Counted from the first letter of the whole stretch, positions 11,846 through 23,230 are shown. The stretch is 63,861 nucleotides of DNA, filler included, from Lama guanicoe (GCA_013239625.1; 155 parts of 155 records of this genome joined end to end with filler, not necessarily neighbours in it), one strand, 5' to 3'. Numbers and translations are program-made. Notes: generated by a model not told the origin, from the sequence alone.

Positions 11846-12439
11846 NNNNNNNNNNNNNNNNNNNNNNNNNNNNNNNNNNNNNNNNNNNNTTAATTAATTA
11901 ANNNNNNNNNNNNNNNNNNNNNNNNNNNNNNNNNNNNNNNNNNNNAAAAAAAAAGTACAAAAAAAAAAAAAGAAAAACAAAACAAAGAAAAATCAAACTT
12001 AAAAACAAGGCCAGCCACCCACACAGCTGCTTCCTCGGCCGGCCGGAGTCAGAGCCCAAAGACAGCCGACCCTGGGAAGGGCGGGCGGGCCCAGGATGCC
12101 GCGCCTCCGGACGACCATTCCAGCTGGTGCAGGGGACCGGGCGGTGGGGGCTCAGGGAGGACTGCCGGGCATGTGGCCCTCTCCCCGGCGGCAGCCACGA
12201 CTTTGACATTCGTCTGTTCCTTTGCTTTTTCTCTCTTTGCAAACGTGTCCTCTGCAANNNNNNNNNNNNNNNNNNNNNNNNNNNNNNNNNNNNNNNNNNN
12301 NTTAATTAATTAANNNNNNNNNNNNNNNNNNNNNNNNNNNNNNNNNNNNNNNNNNNNTTGGAATGAACTGGATTGGAGGGGACAAGAGAAGCAAGACTAG
12401 AGATGATGAGAGAGATGTGATAATACAATTATAGAAATC

Positions 12440-12650
12440 AGAATAACTAGCATTTGTTGGGTATCTATTCAGTCGCAAGCACTGTGCCTATTGATTTCCA
12501 TATGTAATCTACTTAATCTCTGCAATAAGCCATGTGGGTTTTACAGAGGAGGAAACCAAGACTCAAAAAAGTTAAGTAATTTTCATAAATTACATAGCTA
12601 ACAAATGGCGGGGTCAGAATTCCAGCCCTTGCAGCTCACTGTACACCACA
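12440..12650 (-). mobile_element. MIR SINE
   Basis: ttttacagaggaggaaaccaagactcaaaaaagttaagtaatttt...acatagcta is the antisense MIR core. Confidence 0.8.
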
Positions 12651-12769
12651 ATAGCCAACATACAGTGCTNNNNNNNNNNNNNNNNNNNNNNNNNNNNNNN
12701 NNNNNNNNNNNNNTTAATTAATTAANNNNNNNNNNNNNNNNNNNNNNNNNNNNNNNNNNNNNNNNNNNN

Positions 12770-13045
12770 GGAGGTGGAAGAGGAGGAGGTGGAGGAGGAG
12801 GAGGTGGAGGAGGAGGAGTTTGAGGAAGAGGAGGTGGAGGAGGAGGAGGAGGAAGTGGAGGAGGAGTTGGTGGAGGTGGAGTAGCTGGAGGTGGAGGAGG
12901 ATGTGGAGGAGGAGGTGGAGAAGGAGGAGGTGGAGGAGGAGGAGGTGGTGGAGGAGGATCCGGAGGATGAGGATGCGGAGGAGGAGGAGGTGGAGGAGGA
13001 GGAGGTGGAGTTGGATGTGGAGGAGGAGAAGGAGGAGGTGGAGGT
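12770..13045 (+). repeat. Purine-rich (GAG)n/GTG repeat, ~15-nt unit (would read EEEEV)
   Basis: Uninterrupted triplet phase from 12771. In-frame TAG at 12882-12884. Confidence 0.9.
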
Positions 13046-13593
13046 TCAACAATTTGTTGCCCTCTATGTGATCTCTATGGANNNNNNNNNNNNNNNNNNN
13101 NNNNNNNNNNNNNNNNNNNNNNNNNTTAATTAATTAANNNNNNNNNNNNNNNNNNNNNNNNNNNNNNNNNNNNNNNNNNNNGAGTGAGCACAGGATGGTG
13201 AGCCCAGGGCAGAGCGGGCTCCTGGGAGGTGTAGATGGAGGTTCCACTGAACAGAGGACAGAAAGGATGACAAACAAGGGTGGAAAAGAGAGGTGAAATA
13301 GGGAGAGAAACACGAATGAGGAAATGACTCCAAACAAGTGGGGTTTGTTGATTTACTGTTTAGAAGTTTCGATTTAAAATTAGGCTTAAAACCTCTTCCT
13401 CTCCTCCTAAGCCCCAGACCTCCGCGGTCCAGGCTGTGTGTACAGCACAGAGAGGCTGGATGCGAACCTGGGCCACTGGGGTGGATTTACTCCNNNNNNN
13501 NNNNNNNNNNNNNNNNNNNNNNNNNNNNNNNNNNNNNTTAATTAATTAANNNNNNNNNNNNNNNNNNNNNNNNNNNNNNNNNNNNNNNNNNNN

Positions 13594-13900
13594 GTACTTT
13601 AAAGATAGCACTCCAGTGTTTTCTGGCCTCTGTGTTTCCTGGAGAGAAGTCAGCCTGCCTTCGGATGGTTGTTCTGGTGTATGATGTATGTAGTGTGAGT
13701 TTGGTTTTGTTTTCTCCTGGCTACTCTTGAGTTTTTCTCTTTATACGTATTGGTTTTAAGCAATTTGATTGTGTTGTACCTTAGTGTGGTTTTTGCTGGG
13801 TTTTTCTTCACCCCATTTCTCTCCACTCATTCTGGGATTCCACTTACATGTATGTTAGACTTTTTCATATTGTCTCACAGATCATAAGACTGTGTTCATT
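13594..13900 (-). mobile_element. Old L1M ORF1-region fragment
   Basis: actttaaagatagcactccagtgttttctggcctc...gagaagtcagc and ctgggattccacttacatgtatgttagac are antisense L1M motifs. Confidence 0.7.
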
Positions 13901-14829
13901 TTTTTNNNNNNNNNNNNNNNNNNNNNNNNNNNNNNNNNNNNNNNNNNNNTTAATTAATTAANNNNNNNNNNNNNNNNNNNNNNNNNNNNNNNNNNNNNNN
14001 NNNNNAAAAAAAAAAAAAAACTCTGGAATCCTACTCTCCCTGGAAACTGTTTGCCCTCAAAGTGTCATATGCTAAGTCACTTGTCACTGCTGCCAAATCA
14101 CTTCTTTGCGCTTGATGCTACAACTCAACAAAAATAAATGTTCATTTCTACCCTTTGGCATGTTTTTGGAATTTGTGCTCACCTGGTTAATTTAAAGTTT
14201 GTGAATCACCTTAAACTCCTTGAAGTTGACACATACATTGTAAAAATAGAAACTACATAATATGACAAGGAGATTGTTAAGTAATACCTTAGGTATTCAG
14301 AATTCTCTGGAGACGACNNNNNNNNNNNNNNNNNNNNNNNNNNNNNNNNNNNNNNNNNNNNTTAATTAATTAANNNNNNNNNNNNNNNNNNNNNNNNNNN
14401 NNNNNNNNNNNNNNNNNCTCACTGATGGGCAGTTGGCTCGCTCTCAGGTATTTGCGACGGTCACATCGGCTGCAGCCAACTTGTTTTTAGGCTGTAGCGT
14501 ATCTCACAGAATAAAGCACTGGGTCAAAAGGTGAATAAACGCTCAGCTTTTCAAAATGCTGTGACGCTGCGTCTGCAGGAGGGAGCACTAGCCCCCCTCA
14601 GCCCATGTCACATCAGCCCGTGGGCGACACCATTCTCCCCAATCCCCGACAGTGTCGCTCTTCCAGTTCACTCATTTGCTATTTAGGTGCAAAATTACCA
14701 CTTTCTATGGTTATGCTTTGCATTTCCAANNNNNNNNNNNNNNNNNNNNNNNNNNNNNNNNNNNNNNNNNNNNTTAATTAATTAANNNNNNNNNNNNNNN
14801 NNNNNNNNNNNNNNNNNNNNNNNNNNNNN

Positions 14830-15141
14830 CTTTTTGGTGGATTATTTATGAGAATGCTGTTTAATTTCCAATGGATTTGAGATTTTCCTGTCTTTACTGA
14901 TTTCTAGTTTAATTCTATTATAGTCAGAAAAATAGTTTGTACGATTTTAAATTTTAGCTTATTTTAATAACCAGGATATGAACTGTCTTGATGAATGTTC
15001 CATGGGCACTTGAAAACTCTGCGTTCTGCTTTTGTTGGGTAGTGTTCTATAAATATCAGTTACAGTGATTTGATTAATGATGTCGTTTAGCTCTTCTATG
15101 TCTTCACCCATTCTTGTCTACTGGTTCTGTGGCTGATAGGA
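14830..15141 (-). mobile_element. Old L1 ORF2 endonuclease-region fragment
   Basis: gtcttgatgaatgttccatgggcacttgaaaa is the antisense of FSSAHGTFIKTD-like sequence. ttctataaatatcagttacag is the antisense of DIYRT. Confidence 0.85.
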
Positions 15142-15653
15142 NNNNNNNNNNNNNNNNNNNNNNNNNNNNNNNNNNNNNNNNNNNNTTAATTAATTAANNN
15201 NNNNNNNNNNNNNNNNNNNNNNNNNNNNNNNNNNNNNNNNNGATCCATCAATTCATGGGTAGAATTTTGCCCCCCTCTTCTCTCTATAGGAATCAAACTT
15301 AGAGATTAGATGTCTTTTCCCTTTAAATCCTCAAACAGCAAGCATCAAATGTCATTTCTTTAGGATCCTCACAAGGCTATTTACTCATTTACTCACCCTT
15401 TTGAAGGAAAGCTTATTTCAAGTCCAAAAAGTATCAGTGCTAGAATAGTACATTAATAACTCCTAATGAATCTTACAGCCTGGTAACCTGTGTCCTTGGG
15501 ACACATGTTGATTCTGTGCTTGCTCATGTGACTCACTTTGGCTAACAGGACATNNNNNNNNNNNNNNNNNNNNNNNNNNNNNNNNNNNNNNNNNNNNTTA
15601 ATTAATTAANNNNNNNNNNNNNNNNNNNNNNNNNNNNNNNNNNNNNNNNNNNN

Positions 15654-15750
15654 CATCAGAAGAGGGGGGAGTTGTAAAATGCAGATTCCTGGTACCCCAT
15701 CAGAGGCCAGGATAGGAGTCCAGGAATCATCATTTTATCAAGCACAGTTG
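15654..15750 (+). mobile_element. MER5-like hAT fragment
   Basis: ttgtaaaatgcagattcctggtacccc...ccaggaatcatcattttatcaagcac. Confidence 0.55.
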
Positions 15751-16065
15751 TTAAAGAGGACAGCCTGATGGTCCAGGCTCCACTCCCAGAGCCCCGAGCT
15801 TACCCCTCCAGGAAGGGTTTCTAGGTTGGCCCTGCAGCAGGTCCGAGAGGCTGCAGGGAGCTCCCCCCCTTCCAGATGCAGACCAGGGACTGGTCTTTGG
15901 GATTCCGGGGAGCTCCGGCACAGCCCCGTTCTCTCCAAGAGCATCGCTAATCACCTGGACATGATNNNNNNNNNNNNNNNNNNNNNNNNNNNNNNNNNNN
16001 NNNNNNNNNTTAATTAATTAANNNNNNNNNNNNNNNNNNNNNNNNNNNNNNNNNNNNNNNNNNNN

Positions 16066-16377
16066 GGAATACCAAAAAATGTTCAAAAATAAACAAAACA
16101 AACATAAAATAGAAGACCAAAGTCCAAACATGTCAATAATTACATTAAGTGTAAATGATCTAAACACACCAATTAAGAGACAGAGATTACCAAGTTTGAT
16201 GAAAGAAAACATGACCCAAATATATTCTGTACATAAGAACTAAACAACTCAAATGTTCTTCAGTGTGTGAATGGATAAATGGTGATACATTCATACAATG
16301 AAATATTACTTAATATAAAGAACAACTATTAAAACAGCACCCAAAGTAATAAAATACCTAGGAATAAATCTAACCAA
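16066..16377 (+). mobile_element. L1 mosaic: ORF2 start, then ORF2 C-terminal piece (~16240), then RT-domain piece of a younger L1 (~16333)
   Basis: MSIITLSVNDLNTPIKRQRL; then aaacaactcaaatgttcttcagtgtgtgaatggataaa...cattcatacaatgaaatattac; then TAPKVIKYLGINLT. Confidence 0.75.
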
Positions 16378-17359
16378 NNNNNNNNNNNNNNNNNNNNNNN
16401 NNNNNNNNNNNNNNNNNNNNNTTAATTAATTAANNNNNNNNNNNNNNNNNNNNNNNNNNNNNNNNNNNNNNNNNNNNGACTCTTGGCTCTACGCAATTCC
16501 ATGGGATTTCTGTGAGAACAATTTCTTCGAGACATTGATGCCATGTCGTGTTCCTGTGTGTGTTGTCTGATATATTTCCAATTGCTGGTGTTGCCTTTGT
16601 TGTGATGAACACCCCATATTTTTTCGATTAGCATATCCTCATTTTGCTTACACTTATCTCGCAATGTTGAAAGTGTTCAGTACACTTCCTCTTTTTGGAA
16701 TGATGCTTCGAAACCTTCTCAGCTCTGCATTCTGCTCTTTGTCATTTTGGAGTGTTTCCAAAACTGCAAACTGAGAGTGCACTTGTGCNNNNNNNNNNNN
16801 NNNNNNNNNNNNNNNNNNNNNNNNNNNNNNNNTTAATTAATTAANNNNNNNNNNNNNNNNNNNNNNNNNNNNNNNNNNNNNNNNNNNNTGGCTGGCAGAG
16901 TGACTGGCTCTTCCATCGGCTGTTGGTCCATCACTAAGGAAGCAGCCCCGGGATGTTGGGGAAAGTGGTAGGACCAGTGAAGCCCATGAGCCTGGGCCCA
17001 CAGCAGCTGCTCTTTTGAACTGGAATGAGTTCACGATCAGAAGCCCCGTGAGGAAACAGAATTCTATGAGTCCGAGGATAACAGTTTGGCCAGAAGCGTT
17101 GCAGACAAAGAAGGCAACTCTCAATCTGCATGAAAGATCTGTCAGTAAGAGCAGAGCTCCCCCTTCCATGCTGAAAGAGGTCTGATGTCATCAACAGACC
17201 NNNNNNNNNNNNNNNNNNNNNNNNNNNNNNNNNNNNNNNNNNNNTTAATTAATTAANNNNNNNNNNNNNNNNNNNNNNNNNNNNNNNNNNNNNNNNNNNN
17301 TGAGAGGCTGAAGGTCCTGCTGGGCCATGGCCAGAGTGTCTGTGGAAGTGGAACCCTGG

Positions 17360-17612
17360 CTCACAGCCTGCAATAACCTGCCCGTGGGGCCCAACTCCTT
17401 ATCTGTAATAAACCATCCGCGAAGTCAGCTGGCTAGAAATCAAATTTTCAGGAAGTCAATTTGCTACCTGTAGGGACAAAGTAGGAAGATATGCAGCACC
17501 TTCTGTAACAGTTGTCCCCAAACAGCCAGGACTTGGTTAACAACTCCAGCTTCTCTAATTTTTGTCCCATCTTCCAACTTAGCACTGACCAGAGAAAGCC
17601 AAATATGTACCA
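17360..17612. mobile_element. Ancient eutherian ERV LTR fragment (family not assigned)
   Basis: ccaggacttggttaacaactccagcttctctaatttttgtcccatcttccaacttag...ccagagaaagccaaatatg is a recurrent LTR motif (from recall). Confidence 0.55.
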
Positions 17613-17712
17613 NNNNNNNNNNNNNNNNNNNNNNNNNNNNNNNNNNNNNNNNNNNNTTAATTAATTAANNNNNNNNNNNNNNNNNNNNNNNNNNNNNNNN
17701 NNNNNNNNNNNN

Positions 17713-18024
17713 CCTCGGGATGCGGGCTGGGGGCTCCGAGGAGGCAGCGGGGGCTGGCCGTGCCCGGGGAACGGAGGGCGGTGGCCAGGCCCGGGTTCCG
17801 GCGGCTCCGCTCCTTGGGGGCCCTGGGGCTCCACTTTTGGGGAGGGAGCACTGTGAGGGCGCGTCGGGGAGCAGGCTGGCCGGCAGGATGTTGGGGTTCC
17901 GGGCCCTGTGGTTTCCATCCGGGGCTCCGGCGCGGCCGAGTCTGAGGGAGGAGGGACCCTGTGCCTCGGGATGCGCCCAGGCCAGGGTGTGGGCCGGGTG
18001 GGAATGCGGGACTCTGCCTTCCCA
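17713..18024. promoter_or_regulatory. CpG-island fragment (gene unidentified)
   Basis: Very GC-rich with dense CpG and no recognisable ORF. Typical of sequence just downstream of a first exon. Confidence 0.6.
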
Positions 18025-18129
18025 NNNNNNNNNNNNNNNNNNNNNNNNNNNNNNNNNNNNNNNNNNNNTTAATTAATTAANNNNNNNNNNNNNNNNNNNN
18101 NNNNNNNNNNNNNNNNNNNNNNNNCTTTC

Positions 18130-18420
18130 TGTGTAGACGCTGGGATTCCTAACAACAAAATGGTAGGGTTTCACGGTGAGCATCTTGAGAGTGAGTTGTT
18201 AGTAGGAAGCTCCATTTCCTTTCTTAACCTAGCCATGGAAGATACGCAGTGTCATTTACACTGCACTCTTGTTCATCAAGGGAATCACAAAGGCCTGTTT
18301 TGTTTTAAAGGAAGGGAAATAAACTCCACTTCTTGACAAAGTGGGTGAGTGGCAAAATTCTGGAAGAACATGCAAAATCTGAAATATTGTGGGCCTTACT
18401 GGAATTAACAATATGTGACA
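18130..18420. mobile_element. MLT1 (MaLR) LTR fragment
   Basis: ggaagctccatttcctttcttaacctagccatggaag...gtcatttacactgcactctt...aaggaagggaaataaactccacttcttga. Confidence 0.7.
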
Positions 18421-18948
18421 GTCCCTGAGGCCACAGNNNNNNNNNNNNNNNNNNNNNNNNNNNNNNNNNNNNNNNNNNNNTTAATTAATTAANNNNNNNN
18501 NNNNNNNNNNNNNNNNNNNNNNNNNNNNNNNNNNNNGAAGGGACTCACTTTAACTGAAAACCCACAACAAACACTATACTTCTGGAAAAACTGAAGACAT
18601 AGTGTCTTTAAAATTGGGAACACGAAAAGGATACTCACTATCATTGCTATTGTGTAACATAAGCTGGAGGTCTTTTCCAAGGAATAAGAGAGAGGAAAAA
18701 AGAGCTGCAAGTGTTGGAAGGGAAAAACAAAAAGCCCTGATTACTTGCATCTTGGCTGTAAGAAAGGAGTTCCTAAAAACTTCAGAAGCACAAAGCATAA
18801 AGAAAAACAGAAAAGATAACTCCAATTTTATCAAAGTAAAGAATTGATNNNNNNNNNNNNNNNNNNNNNNNNNNNNNNNNNNNNNNNNNNNNTTAATTAA
18901 TTAANNNNNNNNNNNNNNNNNNNNNNNNNNNNNNNNNNNNNNNNNNNN

Positions 18949-19260
18949 CTTTATGCCACTTCAGCCTTTAATGCTTGCTGTTTGCATACTATATATTTTT
19001 CCATTCACTTACTTTCAAACCATCTGTGTTTTTACATTAAAATTATGTCTCTTGTAGGTATCACGTTAGAGTCTTCTACATCCACTCTCTCAAAAATTCC
19101 TTCTAATTGGACTGTTTGCACTTAATGTAATTATAAATACAGTTGCATTCAGGTCAGCAAATTTATAATATATTTTGTTTGTTCCCTTTGGTTTTTTTTC
19201 TTCTAGGTTTATTGAGCTATAATTGACATACAGTAGTGTATAAGTTTAAGGTATACAGCA
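18949..19260 (-). mobile_element. L1 fragments (old ORF2 start region plus a younger 3' end)
   Basis: tttccattcacttactttcaaac...tttgcacttaatgtaattata; then ttattgagctataattgacatacag...gtataagtttaaggtatacagca. Confidence 0.75.
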
Positions 19261-20424
19261 NNNNNNNNNNNNNNNNNNNNNNNNNNNNNNNNNNNNNNNN
19301 NNNNTTAATTAATTAANNNNNNNNNNNNNNNNNNNNNNNNNNNNNNNNNNNNNNNNNNNNCTTATGTGTTGGATCTATTTGGAATTTATTTTGACAAGTA
19401 CAGTGTGAGAGAGGTATCACGGGCACTGTGGTTGACGCGTCAAAACTGATTCGGCCCCTGAAATCAGTCCAAGTCCCTGAGCACAGGGCTCTGCCCTGGA
19501 GGCTGCCACTGCAGCTGGGCTAACGAGACAAAGGGAAGGAGTTTTCACGGTGTGACCCCCTCTCCTGCTAACTAACAAGGAGGCCCGAAGCCCCAAGCTG
19601 CCACCAGCAGTCCCCTCGCAGCTTCAAGGGGAACCGGACTGGGGCTGGAGCTCACGCCGGGGACGCTGAGCCNNNNNNNNNNNNNNNNNNNNNNNNNNNN
19701 NNNNNNNNNNNNNNNNTTAATTAATTAANNNNNNNNNNNNNNNNNNNNNNNNNNNNNNNNNNNNNNNNNNNNAAAAAAAAAAACAAAACCCTGTCAAATA
19801 GGAGCTTTAAAAATGTTTTATTCCAGATTAAAAAATGGAAAGAAAAGCCATCTTAATGATGGAAAATGTAATGTTGTCAAAGAATCCATAATATATCTTT
19901 GGAATGACTGAAAAAGAGAATCAGCCTGTGCTGTACCCACCGTTAAAATGTTTTTTATAAAATCTTTCCTTATTAATATCGGAAGGGGGATAAAGGATAA
20001 AAAAGAATGAAAAGTTTCAAAATTAAACCCAAAATTTAAATTACTCCCATTTCTTGGGAAAACATTTTCAAGAAAATGTTGCTANNNNNNNNNNNNNNNN
20101 NNNNNNNNNNNNNNNNNNNNNNNNNNNNTTAATTAATTAANNNNNNNNNNNNNNNNNNNNNNNNNNNNNNNNNNNNNNNNNNNNACACATTGTAACTGAC
20201 TGTACAATTTTAAAAAGAATCAATAAGAAGCTTGTTTATGTATTCTGTAAACCTGTATCTTGTATCTACTAATGGGTCAGGTGTTAACACAAGGAACTGA
20301 GTAGAGAAAAGCTTAGAAGACTAGGATCGTGTGTGAATCTAACTGGGCAGGGTAGCATACCAGGGCAGAGAGGTAAACAAGTGATTATATGAACATGTGA
20401 ATTCTACATTTAAGGCATAGTCCA

Positions 20425-20496
20425 CCTACTAGAAGAAAACATAGGCAGAACATTCTCTAACATAAATCTTAGCAATGCTCTCCTAGGGCAGTCTAC
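20425..20496 (+). mobile_element. L1 ORF2 fragment
   Basis: Encodes LLEENIGRTFSNINLSNALLGQS. Confidence 0.75.
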
Positions 20497-20714
20497 NNNN
20501 NNNNNNNNNNNNNNNNNNNNNNNNNNNNNNNNNNNNNNNNTTAATTAATTAANNNNNNNNNNNNNNNNNNNNNNNNNNNNNNNNNNNNNNNNNNNNGTGG
20601 TGGAGGTGGCAGATCTGGATGAAAGGGAGCAGAGACGAAAAGAAGTAAAGGAAGGGGAGAACAGAAGGGAAGGAAGCTGTCACTGTTGAAAGGCTTTGAG
20701 CAACCCAGGGGATC

Positions 20715-20880
20715 AGAACCAGGGCTCTGGCGGCAGGCGTCCGGGTCTGCATCCTGCCTTTACCACTTCCTAACAGGGTGGCCTCACAGAACATACTCAG
20801 CCTCCAGGCATCCGTGTCCTTGTCTGTGAGATGCAGGTAATAGTGAAGGCCGTCTTCAAGCTGCCCTGCCTGAGATCCCA
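20715..20880 (+). mobile_element. MIR SINE
   Basis: ggctctggcggcagg...tcctgcctttaccacttcctaacagggtggcct...tccttgtctgtgagatgcaggtaatag. Confidence 0.65.
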
Positions 20881-21420
20881 CCCCTCTAACACGTAGCGTA
20901 GCGTCTGANNNNNNNNNNNNNNNNNNNNNNNNNNNNNNNNNNNNNNNNNNNNTTAATTAATTAANNNNNNNNNNNNNNNNNNNNNNNNNNNNNNNNNNNN
21001 NNNNNNNNTTTGTCGTTGCTTTCTGTCTCTGCTAAATTTTCAACTGCCGTGGTAACTTCGGAGGTCAAAGCAAGATATTTAAAAGTCCCCACCAGAATCC
21101 TCTCACTCGATGCCAAGTAGGACGCGTTTCACGCTGGGAGCCCAATTACTCTCAGGATTCCTATGAACATCATACAAAATGATGCATGTGAAATACTTTG
21201 AAGCAAAGGATTATATGCGTGTAAGGCATCGCTATTACCAGACGTACTTTTCTAAGTTAATAACATAATGGGAAGTGACTTTAGAGCTGTTCCTGAAACC
21301 AAGCTCACTTTTTTTTTTTANNNNNNNNNNNNNNNNNNNNNNNNNNNNNNNNNNNNNNNNNNNNTTAATTAATTAANNNNNNNNNNNNNNNNNNNNNNNN
21401 NNNNNNNNNNNNNNNNNNNN

Positions 21421-21570
21421 CTTGACCTGATAAAGTCTTGAGTAATTTCATTCTTCCGCGGTGGGACTTCCGCTGGACAAAACTCACGACGAACAGAACC
21501 CACAACTGGTGCCCTGTGTGAGAACCGCTCCCACCAACGTGATCACCACTCACAGGGACAAGAACCCACA
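21421..21570 (+). mobile_element. LTR 3' end with an embedded tRNA-Met-like primer-binding site (21507-21524) and a duplicated terminus
   Basis: ...gaacccaCA-ac-TGGTGCCCTGTGTGAGAA matches 16/18 to the reverse complement of the elongator tRNA-Met 3' end (TGGTGCCCCGTGTGAGGA, recalled). A second ...gaacccaCA at 21570 is followed by AT-rich flank. Confidence 0.6.
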
Positions 21571-21678
21571 TGTCAGTTACTAGAACTTAATATTTTAAAA
21601 AATAATTATTACCCTAGAGTTTACCCTATTATAATGATACTCAGCCTCATTCCCTAAAAAAATTACTCTTAATGTGAC

Positions 21679-21731
21679 AATGTATATATGTTCATGTATA
21701 ACTGAAAAATTGTGCTCTATACTGGAATTTG
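21679..21731 (+). mobile_element. Short L1 3'-end fragment
   Basis: aatgtatatatgttcatgtataactgaaaaattgtgctctatactggaatttg. Confidence 0.65.
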
Positions 21732-22243
21732 NNNNNNNNNNNNNNNNNNNNNNNNNNNNNNNNNNNNNNNNNNNNTTAATTAATTAANNNNNNNNNNNNN
21801 NNNNNNNNNNNNNNNNNNNNNNNNNNNNNNNCCTCTGCTCTGAGGACACAAAGGAAAATCAAGTCCCTTTGTTAAGCAACCAGGAGCACCCCTCTTAGAC
21901 CCAAGTAATGGGCATATTTTTAGTGAGCTGGAAGGAAGAGAACAGGTTACTGACATAATTGGATGTATGTTTTCAGATTTTCACTTTAGCTCAAGTATAG
22001 AGAAAAATTAATTAAGAGACAAGAGGGAAGGTGAGAGCTAAAGTCCAGGTGGCCTGAGGTCGTGAGGCTTTGCAGAAAGAGTTCAAGGTGCCAAGAAGTA
22101 GCCGTCCTGGTGGGGATATGATGAAAACAGTCATCCTATGGGANNNNNNNNNNNNNNNNNNNNNNNNNNNNNNNNNNNNNNNNNNNNTTAATTAATTAAN
22201 NNNNNNNNNNNNNNNNNNNNNNNNNNNNNNNNNNNNNNNNNNN

Positions 22244-22513
22244 GGAGTTTGAGATTTACAGATACTAACTACTGTATATAAAATAGATAAACTACAAGTT
22301 TCTTCTGTTTAGCACACGGGAACTATATTCAGTATCTTGTAGTCACCTATAATGAAAAAGAACATGAAAATGAATATACGTCTGTGTATGCATGACTGGG
22401 ACACTGTGCTGTACACCTGGAGCTGACACAGCATCTAACTGTACTGACTGTACTGCAATTAAAAAAACTCACTTGCAAACTGACTATGCTTCAATAATAA
22501 TAATTAAAAAAAA
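22244..22513 (+). mobile_element. Artiodactyl/camelid-type L1 3' UTR with two successive terminal motifs and A-tails
   Basis: ggagtttgagatttacagatac...gggaactatattcagtatcttgtagt...gctgtacacc...actgactgtactgcaatt(A7), then actgactatgcttcaataa...(A8). Confidence 0.9.
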
Positions 22514-22779
22514 GAGAGACAGTGCTCTCTGAGTTTATAGACTTAAATGGGAACANNNNNNNNNNNNNNNNNNNNNNNNNNNNNNNNNNNNNNNNNNNNT
22601 TAATTAATTAANNNNNNNNNNNNNNNNNNNNNNNNNNNNNNNNNNNNNNNNNNNNTATGTTTTGCAGAAATAATAACTGACTTTTTATAAAAAAAAGTTA
22701 CTAATTGAGGCACAACTTCCTTAAATATGAATAATTCCTTGTACAGATTTTCTAGTACTTAACAAAAATAATGCAAATA

Positions 22780-22967
22780 ATAAAAGCTAATATTTATGTT
22801 ATACTTACAGTGTGCCAGACGTTTTTAAAATGTTTTATAATATCTTAATCTTTTTAACATGTCTTTCAGACAGTTACTCTTACTATCCCTGTTTTATTGC
22901 AAGGGAACTGGTAAACAGATAAAAGGTATCTTTTTAAAAAAACTGCACAGCTAGACAGGAGTCCTAG
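22780..22967 (-). mobile_element. MIR SINE
   Basis: agctaatatttatg...cttacagtgtgccagac...tactatccctgttttattgcaagggaactg. Confidence 0.65.
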
Positions 22968-23067
22968 NNNNNNNNNNNNNNNNNNNNNNNNNNNNNNNNN
23001 NNNNNNNNNNNTTAATTAATTAANNNNNNNNNNNNNNNNNNNNNNNNNNNNNNNNNNNNNNNNNNNN

Positions 23068-23230
23068 GATATCCCCACAACAACCCCATCAGATGGGTCA
23101 TATTTTTAAACGCCCATTATACAGGTGAAAAAAACTGAGACAGAATGTGGTTAGGTAACTCAGTCTAGATCACATAGTAATTGGTACGGTTAAAGTCAAA
23201 TACCACTGTCCCTAACTAATTCCACCACCA
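23068..23230 (-). mobile_element. MIR SINE
   Basis: tccccacaacaacccc...cccattatacaggtgaaaaaaactgagacaga...ggttaggtaact. Confidence 0.75.

Noticed and set aside
12714..13071. Leu/His-rich and Arg/Trp-rich (protamine-like) ORFs
   Set aside because: They are alternative-frame readings of the GAG/GTG repeat.
16889..17200. Protein-like stretch (…EETEFYESEDNSLARSVADKEGNSQSA)
   Set aside because: Flanked by stops and not matched to any gene I know, so a pseudogene call cannot be supported.
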